Notes under the pieces: generated by a model
What the model was told of the DNA's origin: nothing
What the model saw: only the letters and a program-made list of their open reading frames with translations
Databases searched by the model: none
Made by a program: the position numbers and the translations under genes
Assembly: GCA_964447345.1 (NCBI GenBank)
Contig: CAYUSM010000001.1
Coordinates: 194-64,193, forward strand
Reading direction: 5' to 3'
Source of the DNA: an uncultured Sulfitobacter sp.
GTDB lineage: Bacteria; Pseudomonadota; Alphaproteobacteria; Rhodobacterales; Rhodobacteraceae
Length of the DNA stretch: 64,000 bases
Shown here: positions 48,098-57,188 of the stretch, piece by piece
Layout of the letters: each line of letters opens with the position of its first letter
Numbering within the stretch: the stretch's first letter is position 1

Positions 48098-49889
48098 CCG
48101 CCCGCCACGCATGTCGTTCAGATAGGGCCAGAATGGCGCCCCGATAAATGCGGTGGTAGATTGGCCGCTTGAAATGGTTCAAATCTATCAGATCGTCGGC
48201 GGTGTGGATGTAATCAGCGGGGTCCATCAGCGTTACATTCTCAAAATCTTTCGCAAGCACCCGCAAGACCGCGTTCTGCCTTGCGTGATGGGGGTGATTG
48301 GGCAAGGCCGCGTTCTGAAAGTGCCGTGGTCCCCGCTCGTTCGCCAAGACGATCACTACATCTGCTTCGTTTGGCACCATGCTCAAGATATGCGCGTATC
48401 TCGCCTGCATCTCTGCGTCGCTCAACAGCCCTTCATGCTCGTACTCGGTGCAAAGTGTTTTCAGACGTGCGCGCTGCGCATCTGTTTCTGCCACCGCTTC
48501 CCGCAACTCATGCTTCGCAATCAGATTATGATGCTGCGCGCCCACCAGCCAATACGGCACGCGCAGATCGGTATCCCTGCTGCGGTAAACCGGTACATCG
48601 GCATCTGCCCAGAAACTGAAGAGATAAAGTTCGCGGCCCCCCGCACTCTCAAGTAATTCGCTATCAAAATCACTCTCACCATACCCCAACCGGGCGGCTG
48701 CGCGTATCTGGGCATCTGTCAGCGTCTCGCCTAACGCGGGCATCAGAAATGCCGTATGATCCCGCCGCAGCATCTGTCCGTTGCGCGGTGCGTTGAACTC
48801 CTCAACTACTTCTGTTCCGTGCATGCCGAAATAGTGCATTAAGCTTGCCAGATCACAGCCACCTCTCGCGAATATGCGGTCGTAGGTCAGCATTGGTGAC
48901 GCTGCGGGCTGTTCTACATCTTCAATAGGTGCCGGGGTGATCCAATCGACTTGCACCGAAGTATCTTTCGGGTCGGTCAACACCTCACCAACCACATTCA
49001 ATTCTGGCCGCCCAAAGAACGCATAAGCCCAATGCTCAACAAACATGTTGAGTGTGCGGCAGGAGAAACAGAAGTGGACCAGGCGCCGAACATTGTGCAT
49101 CCGGCGGGTCAGGTAAAAACCGACAAATCCATAGTCACCGAAGTCATCCTTGACCCGGATCAGCGCGGCATCGGTTGTGTTATGGGCAAGTAGCGCGCGC
49201 AGTTCGGTCCGGGCCGCATCCATGTCTTCGGGCAATCGACTTTTGGTGAAATTGAGCTGGTTCGTTCTATTGATCAACTCGATTGCCCGGTCGAGATGCG
49301 CTTCGACGTCATGTTCGATGTATGCTCTGACATTGGAGGTTCGAAGAAACGCGACCGCATCTCCGGCCAGCTCCTTGACCGCGGATGCTTTGCGTTCATT
49401 CAGCTTGTATTGCGCAAGACGGGTCAGCTGGGGATCAGGTTTCCCTCGGAACTGTGACATTTCGCAAAGCGACCCAATCACCTCCGGAGTCGCCGTATTG
49501 AGACCCGGGCACATATGCGCCGCCTGGGCCAAGTTCATCGGGTTGTCATCTAGGAACAGGACGGAATTGGCACGCAACCCAATCTGCCGGAGCATTGCCG
49601 CGATACGCGGACCCTTGGGTGTCCAGTCGACGCTGGGAAATATGAAGTAGTCCCAGAGGCCGCGATCCCGCAACACCGTCTCAACCTCGACTGGATCGTT
49701 CTTGGAACAGATGGCAGACATGATTCCTCGCCTTGCAAGACGGATCACCAAATCATGGTTTTCCATACGGTACCGTATGCCACCTTCGGTTAAAGTCCCG
49801 CGCCAGAAGGTCTCGTCCAAATCCCAGATCACCAGTCGGATATCTTCAGAGAGCGACAGGCGGTCCTGATGAAGCGCGGCCATCCCCAT
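48090..49889 (-). CDS. FkbH-like HAD-IIIC protein with an extra C-terminal domain
   Basis: VIWDLDETFWRG, SKN, FLDDNP, RTNQLNF, DDFGDYG, FSCR; about 260 further residues containing GGCDL and DLNH. Confidence 0.85.
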   Translation of the reverse strand: MGMAALHQDRLSLSEDIRLVIWDLDETFWRGTLTEGGIRYRMENHDLVIRLARRGIMSAICSKNDPVEVETVLRDRGLWDYFIFPSVDWTPKGPRIAAMLRQIGLRANSVLFLDDNPMNLAQAAHMCPGLNTATPEVIGSLCEMSQFRGKPDPQLTRLAQYKLNERKASAVKELAGDAVAFLRTSNVRAYIEHDVEAHLDRAIELINRTNQLNFTKSRLPEDMDAARTELRALLAHNTTDAALIRVKDDFGDYGFVGFYLTRRMHNVRRLVHFCFSCRTLNMFVEHWAYAFFGRPELNVVGEVLTDPKDTSVQVDWITPAPIEDVEQPAASPMLTYDRIFARGGCDLASLMHYFGMHGTEVVEEFNAPRNGQMLRRDHTAFLMPALGETLTDAQIRAAARLGYGESDFDSELLESAGGRELYLFSFWADADVPVYRSRDTDLRVPYWLVGAQHHNLIAKHELREAVAETDAQRARLKTLCTEYEHEGLLSDAEMQARYAHILSMVPNEADVVIVLANERGPRHFQNAALPNHPHHARQNAVLRVLAKDFENVTLMDPADYIHTADDLIDLNHFKRPIYHRIYRGAILALSERHAWRADG

Positions 49890-49890
49890 T

Positions 49891-50532
49891 CTACAGCTTC
49901 CTCAAATAGCCATTGGGATTGGTCGTGGCGTTCCGGCCAAACATGTCGCAGTAGCTTGTATCGATCTCATAGACACCCGGGTTCTGGGACAGATAGGTGT
50001 CCAAAGCGCGGCTGGGGCCGCCGTCAAACCGGTCAGCCAGGTCAAGCTCTGCCAGAACGCTGTCTTCCATGATTAGATACTCGCCTGACCTCAGATGCGC
50101 CTCCCCAAAGGCGAGAACACCCATGCAGGCCTCATAAGTGTGCGCGCTGTCTTCTGAGAGGATCCACGGTCGCGGCAAATCAAACAGGCCGTTCCTGTCG
50201 AAAGCATCCTCCAGCGCCAGAACATCGCCTTCGACAAAGCGGATACCCTCAAATCGCGTGTCCGCTTCGGGCGGTGCGCGGTCAATCGACACGACCTGCG
50301 TGTCGAAGCCATACATCCTCATCATATCGCGGAACATCATCGCCGACCCGCCGCATTTCGTTCCAATCTCGATGAAGGATCCGGGCGCGACCGCGTGGAT
50401 CAGATGGAGGTACAATGCGATGTCGATGGGTGACTTGTTACACATCACATCGCGATAATGGTACTGCATCACCCCGTGATGGTAAGCGCCCAACTGTGGT
50501 CGCGTGAACGGTGTCTTGAACGAACGGATCAT
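49891..50532 (-). CDS. CmcI-family SAM-dependent O-methyltransferase
   Basis: KSPIDIALY, IEIGTKCGGS, EDSAH, YLIMED, TTNPNGYLRK. Confidence 0.85.
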   Translation of the reverse strand: MIRSFKTPFTRPQLGAYHHGVMQYHYRDVMCNKSPIDIALYLHLIHAVAPGSFIEIGTKCGGSAMMFRDMMRMYGFDTQVVSIDRAPPEADTRFEGIRFVEGDVLALEDAFDRNGLFDLPRPWILSEDSAHTYEACMGVLAFGEAHLRSGEYLIMEDSVLAELDLADRFDGGPSRALDTYLSQNPGVYEIDTSYCDMFGRNATTNPNGYLRKL

Positions 50533-50708
50533 TCTCTGCCTTTGTGCTGCGCAACCTTGGCGGAATACGACCTGACGGGCCGCTTTCTGCCTCTCTGTTC
50601 TGTGCGCAAACCGGTAAACAAGGGCTTAAGAGCAGCCACATTTTCCGGATAGCATTCCAGCCCATTCCGCATAATGTCGCTGCGGGAATACGACCAAAGG
50701 ACTCACTC

Positions 50709-51869
50709 ATGCATTTCGGTCTCAGTGAAGAGCAGGAGATGATCGTCTCCACCGTTCGGAGCTTCGTGGAAAAAGAGATTTACCCCCATGAAGCGGAGGT
50801 CGAACGCAGTGGTCAGGTGGCCCCCGAGTTGGGTGAGGCGATAAAGCAGAAGGTGATCGACCTTGGCTTTTATGCCTGCAACTTCCCGCAGGAGGTTGGC
50901 GGCGCGGGCCTCTCACACCTTGATTTCACGTTGGTTGAGCGCGAACTCGGGCGCGGCTCCATGGCGCTGACGCATTTCTTTGGCCGCCCCCAGAATATCC
51001 TGATGGCCTGTAACGATGAACAGCGTGAACGTTACCTTCTGCCAGCCGTACGCGGCGAACGCATGGACGCGCTGGCGATGACAGAACCTGATGCGGGTTC
51101 AGACGTGCGTGGCATGAAATGCACAGCCGTCAAGGATGGCGGCGACTGGGTGGTGAATGGCTCCAAACACTTCATCTCTGGCGCGGAGCACGCGGATTTC
51201 TTCATCGTCTTCATCGCCACCGGCGTCGATGAGACCCCGAAAGGACCAAAGAAGCGCATTACCACGTTTCTGGTAGATCGCGGCACGCCCGGCTTTGAAG
51301 TCCGAGATGGCTACAACTCGGTCAGTCACAAGGGTTACAAGAATTGCATCCTCTACTTCGACAATTGCCACCTGCCAGATGCACAGGTGCTGGGCGAGGT
51401 TGATGGCGGCTTTGCCGTGATGAACGAATGGCTCTACGCTACCCGGCTTACGGTCGCTGCCTTCTCTGTAGGCCGCGCGCGCCGCTGTTTCGACTACGCG
51501 CTGAACTACGCAGCAGAGCGCAAGCAGTTTGGCCAGCAGATTGGCAAGTTCCAAGGCGTCAGCTTTCAGATCGCCGACATGATCACCGAAATCGACGCTG
51601 CCGACTGGCTCACACTTGCCGCTGCATGGCGGCTTGATCAAGGGTTGCCCTCCAACCGCGAGATCGCGAGCGCCAAGGTCTATGCCTCTGAGACGCTCGC
51701 AAAGGTCACCGATACCACCCTGCAGATTTATGGCGGTATGGGCCTGATGGACGACTTTCCCATCGAACGCTTCTGGCGCGACGCAAGGGTCGAACGCATA
51801 TGGGACGGCACCTCGGAGATTCAGCGCCACATCATCTCGCGCGATCTATTGCGTCCCTTAGGCGCATGA
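50709..51869 (+). CDS. Acyl-CoA dehydrogenase (probable butyrobetainyl-CoA dehydrogenase)
   Basis: AMTEPDAGSD, NGSKHFIS, RKQFG, QIYGGMG, RIWDGTSEIQR; operon with a ligase and a CaiD-like hydratase. Confidence 0.88.
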   Translation: MHFGLSEEQEMIVSTVRSFVEKEIYPHEAEVERSGQVAPELGEAIKQKVIDLGFYACNFPQEVGGAGLSHLDFTLVERELGRGSMALTHFFGRPQNILMACNDEQRERYLLPAVRGERMDALAMTEPDAGSDVRGMKCTAVKDGGDWVVNGSKHFISGAEHADFFIVFIATGVDETPKGPKKRITTFLVDRGTPGFEVRDGYNSVSHKGYKNCILYFDNCHLPDAQVLGEVDGGFAVMNEWLYATRLTVAAFSVGRARRCFDYALNYAAERKQFGQQIGKFQGVSFQIADMITEIDAADWLTLAAAWRLDQGLPSNREIASAKVYASETLAKVTDTTLQIYGGMGLMDDFPIERFWRDARVERIWDGTSEIQRHIISRDLLRPLGA

Positions 51870-53920
51870 CGCCCAATCTGTCGCGCCTGCTGCGTCCTAA
51901 AACCATCGCCGTCATCGGTGGCGGGACGTGGTGCACAAACGTGATCGACCAATGCCGCAAGTTCGGCTTCACAGGTGATATCTGGCCAGTCCACCCGACG
52001 CGGGACCAAATCGCGGGGCTGGCCGCCTACGCCGACATTGGCAGTCTCCCTTCCGCGCCGGACGCCAGCTTCATCGGTGTGAATCGAAGCGTCACAATAG
52101 ACGTCGTCAAGGGTCTGGCAACCGCGGGTTCGGGTGGCGCCGTCTGTTTCGCCTCAGGATTTTCCGAGGCTGCCGCAGAAGACGGCGCGGCGGAGGATCT
52201 GCAAAAGGCCTTGGTTGACGCAGCCGGACAGATGCCCATCCTGGGGCCAAACTGCTATGGCTTCATCAACGCCCTGGACACTGCGGTTTTGTGGCCTGAC
52301 CAGCATGGATGCACACCTGTTGATCGCGGCGTGGCGATCCTCACGCAAAGCTCCAACATCGCCATCAATCTCACGATGCAACAGCGCGCGCTGCCCGTTG
52401 CCTATGCCATTGCCTGTGGAAACATGGCACAGACCAGCCAGGCACAGATTGCCCGCGCCTTGCTGGAAGACGACCGCGTGACAGCCATCGGATTGCATGT
52501 GGAAGGTTTTGGGAACGTAACCGAGTGGGAGATGCTGGCGCGCGACGCCTATGCCAAAGGCGTGCCCCTTGTGGTTCTCAAGGCGGGCGTTTCAGAACAG
52601 GCACGTGCGGCCACAGTATCGCACACCGCGTCCCTTGCCGGATCAGATGCGGGTGCACAGGCACTCCTGGATCGTCTCGGCATCGCCCGCGTCACCTCGC
52701 CAACCATCCTATTGGAAACCCTCAAGCTCCTTCATTGCACAGGGCCACTGGCAGGCAACTGCCTTGCATCGATCAGCTGTTCTGGCGGCGAGGCAAGCCT
52801 GGTTGCCGACATGGCGACCACCCGCGATCTGAAATTCCCTCCGCTCAAGCCCGAACAGGAGAGCGCCCTGCGCGACGCGCTTGGCCCCATGGTCGCCCTC
52901 AGTAATCCGCTGGACTACCACACCTATATCTGGGGCGACGTCGAGCGTATGACTGCGGCGTGGTCCAGCATGTGTGGTGCTGGGATCGATCTGACGCTGA
53001 GCGTGGTGGACTATCCCACTACCGATGACAGCGCCTGGCGCTGCACCGTGGACGCGGCACTGGCCGTTCACAGCCAAACGGGCCGCCCCTTGGCCATTGT
53101 ATCCAGCCTTCCGGAATTGATGCCACAAGACACTGCAGCGGAACTGATGGCGGGAGGTGTCATACCGCTCTGTGGCCTCGAAGAGGCCCTCGCCGCAGCC
53201 GAAGCAGCCGCACGCATCCGCCCGCCCAAGGACATGGCTGTCTCCCCGGCCCCTGCCCTGGTCGCGACACGGACATTGACAGAGGCAGAGGCGAAAGTCC
53301 GCCTTGCCCGGCACGGTGTCGTGGTGCCCTGGCACTGCCGGTACGACGTGCTGCCAAGCGGCATCGAGCCGATCACAGACCCAGAAAACGCGCACTGTGA
53401 TGACGCATTTCATTCGGAACTCTACGCCATCAAGGGCGAAGGCATGGCCCACAAGTCCGAAGCCGGGGCCGTCCGCCTTGGTATTGCAGCAAGCGACTGG
53501 GAGCAAACCGCACGCGAGATCGGCACATCGACGGTCTTGATCGAATCTATGATCACCGGCGGCGTGGTAGAACTGTTGGTTGGCATCACCCGCGACCCGG
53601 CCCATGGGTTTGCCCTCACACTGGGGGCCGGTGGCGTCTTGACGGAGATTCTGCGCGATACTGCCACACGGCTCTTGCCTGTCACGGCAGAAGATGTTGA
53701 CGAGGCGCTGCAGTCCCTCCGCATCTATCCCCTGCTGAAGGGCTTTCGCGGCAAACCCGCGGCGGACCTGTACGAAATCGTTAAGGCGGTTCTGGCACTG
53801 CAGGACTATGTCTTGTCTGGCCCGGACGATATTGCCGAGGTCGAAATCAACCCGCTTATATGCACCCCTGACCAAGCTGTTGCAGCCGATGCGCTGATCA
53901 TTCTGGGAGATCCGAAATGA
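51866..53920 (+). CDS. ADP-forming acyl-CoA synthetase (acetate--CoA ligase family)
   Basis: LLRPKTIAVIGG, GPNCYG, SHTASLAG, CSGG, NPLD, C-terminal ATP-grasp HKSEAGAV...EINPL; ATGA coupling. Confidence 0.88.
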   Translation: MTPNLSRLLRPKTIAVIGGGTWCTNVIDQCRKFGFTGDIWPVHPTRDQIAGLAAYADIGSLPSAPDASFIGVNRSVTIDVVKGLATAGSGGAVCFASGFSEAAAEDGAAEDLQKALVDAAGQMPILGPNCYGFINALDTAVLWPDQHGCTPVDRGVAILTQSSNIAINLTMQQRALPVAYAIACGNMAQTSQAQIARALLEDDRVTAIGLHVEGFGNVTEWEMLARDAYAKGVPLVVLKAGVSEQARAATVSHTASLAGSDAGAQALLDRLGIARVTSPTILLETLKLLHCTGPLAGNCLASISCSGGEASLVADMATTRDLKFPPLKPEQESALRDALGPMVALSNPLDYHTYIWGDVERMTAAWSSMCGAGIDLTLSVVDYPTTDDSAWRCTVDAALAVHSQTGRPLAIVSSLPELMPQDTAAELMAGGVIPLCGLEEALAAAEAAARIRPPKDMAVSPAPALVATRTLTEAEAKVRLARHGVVVPWHCRYDVLPSGIEPITDPENAHCDDAFHSELYAIKGEGMAHKSEAGAVRLGIAASDWEQTAREIGTSTVLIESMITGGVVELLVGITRDPAHGFALTLGAGGVLTEILRDTATRLLPVTAEDVDEALQSLRIYPLLKGFRGKPAADLYEIVKAVLALQDYVLSGPDDIAEVEINPLICTPDQAVAADALIILGDPK

Positions 53921-54702
53921 CCGACACCCCCATCAAGACCCGCCGCGAAGGCGCGATCCTTGAAGTGACACTCGACCGTCCCAAAGCCAATGCCATCGAC
54001 CTTGCGACCTCCCGCATCATGGGTGAGGTGTTTCGCGACTTCCGCGATGACCCCGACCTGCGCGTTGCCATAATCACCGGCGGGGGCGAGAAATTCTTCT
54101 GCCCCGGCTGGGACCTCAAGGGTGCCGCTGACGGCGATGCTGTAGACGGCGACTACGGCGTTGGTGGCTTCGGCGGCATTCAAGAAATGCGCGATATGAA
54201 CAAGCCGATCATCGCCGCCATCAACGGCATCTGCTGCGGCGGCGGGCTTGAACTGGCGCTCTCCGCCGACATGATCGTCGCCGCCGATCACGCCACCTTT
54301 GCCCTGCCGGAAATCCGCTCCGGCACCGTTGCCGATGCAGCCTCAGTCAAGCTGCCCAAGCGCGTCCCCTACCACATCGCCATGGAGCTTTTGCTCACCG
54401 GCCGCTGGTTCGATGTCGAGGAAGCCAAAGGCTGGGGCCTCATCAACGAGATCACGCCTGCCGATCAATTGATGGATCGCGCATGGGAACTTGCCCGCCT
54501 TCTGGCCTCCGGCCCACCGCTGGTCTACGCCGCGATCAAGGAAATCGTCCGCGATGCCGAAGACAGCAAGTTCCAAGACAGTATGAACCGCATCACCAAG
54601 CGGCAGTTGCCCACGGTCGACACGCTTTATGCGTCCGAAGACCAGATGGAAGGCGCAAGGGCTTTCGCGGAGAAGCGGGACCCGGTGTGGAAGGGTAAAT
54701 GA
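53917..54702 (+). CDS. Carnitinyl-CoA dehydratase-like enoyl-CoA hydratase
   Basis: DRPKANAID, FFCPGWDLK, DYGVGGFGG, GGGLELAL, FALPE, EKRDPVWKGK; closely resembles CaiD. Confidence 0.88.
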   Translation: MTDTPIKTRREGAILEVTLDRPKANAIDLATSRIMGEVFRDFRDDPDLRVAIITGGGEKFFCPGWDLKGAADGDAVDGDYGVGGFGGIQEMRDMNKPIIAAINGICCGGGLELALSADMIVAADHATFALPEIRSGTVADAASVKLPKRVPYHIAMELLLTGRWFDVEEAKGWGLINEITPADQLMDRAWELARLLASGPPLVYAAIKEIVRDAEDSKFQDSMNRITKRQLPTVDTLYASEDQMEGARAFAEKRDPVWKGK

Positions 54703-54803
54703 TCTGGTAGCGCCATTACAAACGCCGACGGTCTTCTACCTCCCCTCATGAAGCGCGTTCGAGTTTGGGGCCGGTGCGCCAACCTGTTCTGTCTTGGTCT
54801 GCA

Positions 54804-56081
54804 TTAAGCCAGTCGAACGGATTGCACCGCTTCTTTCACCGCCGCCTCGGTCAGTTCGAGGTCCTCTGCCGTGATGGCAAGCGAAGGATAAAGCTTGCCC
54901 GGCGACTTGAACACGCCGTTGTGGCGCAGACTGGCGTTGTAAGTGGCGTTCCGGGCGGGATCATCATGCATCGCCGTCCTGTAATCCCGGCAGGGGCTAT
55001 CGGTAAAGATGACATCAAAGAGGGTCTCATCACCGCAAATCTGATGCGGAATTTCAGCCTCTGTCAGCGCATGCCTCTGCATATCCTGAAGGGTGCGGCC
55101 AAGATTTCGCAAGCGATCATAGGTCCCCTCCCGCCGCAGCACTTCCATCGTCTTCAGACCTGCTGCAGCGGCAATGGGGTTGCCCGACAGCGTCCCAAGC
55201 TGCATCAGCCATCCGTCGCTCCCGACAGCAGATTTGTCGAAATGCCGCATGATCTCGGCGTTCGCACCCAGTGCCGCCAAGGGAAAACCGCCGCCAATGA
55301 TTTTGCCCAAAGTGCAAATGTCCGGCGTCACGCCATAACGTTCCTGTGCCCCGCCATAGGCCAGTCTGAACCCGGTGACGATTTCGTCAAAGATCAGCAG
55401 AACATCATGCTTGTCGCATAGATCACGCAGCCCCTGCAGATAGCCCGGCTCGGCTGGTACGATCCGCTGCAAGGGCTCCGCGATGATCGCAGCAATGTCT
55501 TGATGTTCAGTCAGAAGCGCCTCGACCACTGCAAGATCATTAAATGGCGCGATCAGCATCTGATCGGCAACCCCCAGCGGGATGCCCGCACTGTCTGGTA
55601 CTGCCTGGGGGAAGTTCACTCTCCGCTCGGGGGCGAGGCTCATCTGGGCCTCGGCACTCATACCGTGATACCCGCCTTCGAACTTCAGGATTTTGTTCCG
55701 ACCCGTGTAAGCACGGGCAAGGCGCATAGCATACATGTCAGCCTCACCGCCTGACGCGACAAAGCGGACTTGCTCGCAACATGGCACAGCGTCGACAATG
55801 GCCTCCGCCAATTCGATCCCCTTCGCGTTATTGGCAAAGAATGTCATGCCCATGGGCAACTGTTCCAGCACCGCCTCCAAGACTTCAGGATGGCCATGAC
55901 CCAAAAGCATCGGGCCAGAGCCGATAAGATAGTCTACATATTCTTGTCCGTCCTCATCCCAGACGCGACTGCCTTGCCCGCGTGCGATCACGATACCGGG
56001 GTCGAAGTTGCCAAATCCACCAGCAGGCAGGACCGCCTGAGCGCGGGAAATCCATTCCGATTGAGAGGCCAATTTGCGCAT
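54804..56081 (-). CDS. Class III aminotransferase, GSA-aminomutase-like
   Basis: GSGPMLLGH, SGGEA, FEGGYHG, FDEIVTGFR, LGKIIGGGFP, GTLSGNP. Confidence 0.88.
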   Translation of the reverse strand: MRKLASQSEWISRAQAVLPAGGFGNFDPGIVIARGQGSRVWDEDGQEYVDYLIGSGPMLLGHGHPEVLEAVLEQLPMGMTFFANNAKGIELAEAIVDAVPCCEQVRFVASGGEADMYAMRLARAYTGRNKILKFEGGYHGMSAEAQMSLAPERRVNFPQAVPDSAGIPLGVADQMLIAPFNDLAVVEALLTEHQDIAAIIAEPLQRIVPAEPGYLQGLRDLCDKHDVLLIFDEIVTGFRLAYGGAQERYGVTPDICTLGKIIGGGFPLAALGANAEIMRHFDKSAVGSDGWLMQLGTLSGNPIAAAAGLKTMEVLRREGTYDRLRNLGRTLQDMQRHALTEAEIPHQICGDETLFDVIFTDSPCRDYRTAMHDDPARNATYNASLRHNGVFKSPGKLYPSLAITAEDLELTEAAVKEAVQSVRLA

Positions 56082-56084
56082 GGG

Positions 56085-57188
56085 CTAATCCAGTTCCAGG
56101 ATAGGAGTTCCAAGGACGTCAATGTCAGGTGTAACACCAAGCCCCGGCCCTTCGGGCGGTGCGATGCGTCCATCTTTTCGGGTCGGACAATCCGGCGCGA
56201 TGCGTGGGCTGACATAGGCGGAAAGGTCACAGGTATTGAGCAGCGCACCCTGCGGCGTCGATGCGGCAAAATGCAGCGATGCAGCGGTCACGATGTCGGA
56301 CCCCCAGGTGCATTCGGCACATATCTCTGCGCCTAGATGAACTGTCAGATCCCTTGCTCGCCGCATCGCGGACAACCCGCCGAACTTCGAAAGCTTAAGT
56401 GCAACAGCGTCCAGAATCCCTAGCTCCGCTGCGCGCAACAGGGAGGGGAGGTCATAGGCACCTTCGTCGATCTTCATAGGGAGGCCCGTGGCTTGCCTGA
56501 CAGCGGCGCAGTCTTCCAGCGTCTTGCAGGGCTGTTCCAGCATGATGTCGAGATGGGCCACCGCGCGACCCGTCCGCGTTGCGTGCAGCTTGGTCGCGCC
56601 ACAGTTCCAGTCGCCATAGACCAGCGAGCCATCACCAACCGCCTCACGCACCTTGATCAGGCGCTCGGCATCGGCAGCCCAATCCGCGTCAGCCCCCAGC
56701 TTGACCTGAAACTGACGGATGCCGCTCGCATATGCCTCGCGCGCGATCCGCGCCATTTCATCGGGCGCAACGCAGGTGATGGAATGATAAAGCGGCATGT
56801 CGCGCCGGGTGCGTCCACCAAGCAATGCGTAGAGCGGAAGGCCTGTGGCCTGCCCAAACAGATCCCAGAGCGCCATATCCACAACGGATTTCGCGTGCTG
56901 ATGGCCTGGAAGGAAACCATCCAGTTTTCGCATTGGCGCATCAATGCCAAGGGGATCAATTCCAATGATTTCAGGGGCCATCTCGACAATCGCACTTGGC
57001 ACGCCATCGGCAAAGGCGGGGAGGTAATGCGGGATTGGGCAAACCTCGCCCCAGCCTTTCAGACCAGTGTCCGTTTCAAGACAAAGCACGTGCGTCTTGA
57101 CCGTATCGCAGGTCTTGCCCTCGGCCATGTAGTAAGTTTCGTGGCTTGTCAGATCGACAGACCAAAGGGTGATGCGGTTGACCCTCAT
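56085..57188 (-). CDS. Enolase-superfamily MLE-subgroup racemase/epimerase (HpbD-like), copy 2
   Basis: GWGE, DMALWDL, FQVKLG, metal ligands DWN/EQP/DE, LKLSKFGG, PEGPGLGV. Confidence 0.85.
   Translation of the reverse strand: MRVNRITLWSVDLTSHETYYMAEGKTCDTVKTHVLCLETDTGLKGWGEVCPIPHYLPAFADGVPSAIVEMAPEIIGIDPLGIDAPMRKLDGFLPGHQHAKSVVDMALWDLFGQATGLPLYALLGGRTRRDMPLYHSITCVAPDEMARIAREAYASGIRQFQVKLGADADWAADAERLIKVREAVGDGSLVYGDWNCGATKLHATRTGRAVAHLDIMLEQPCKTLEDCAAVRQATGLPMKIDEGAYDLPSLLRAAELGILDAVALKLSKFGGLSAMRRARDLTVHLGAEICAECTWGSDIVTAASLHFAASTPQGALLNTCDLSAYVSPRIAPDCPTRKDGRIAPPEGPGLGVTPDIDVLGTPILELD

Noticed and set aside
52709-53875. 388-aa minus-strand ORF
   Set aside because: Antisense shadow of the acyl-CoA synthetase.
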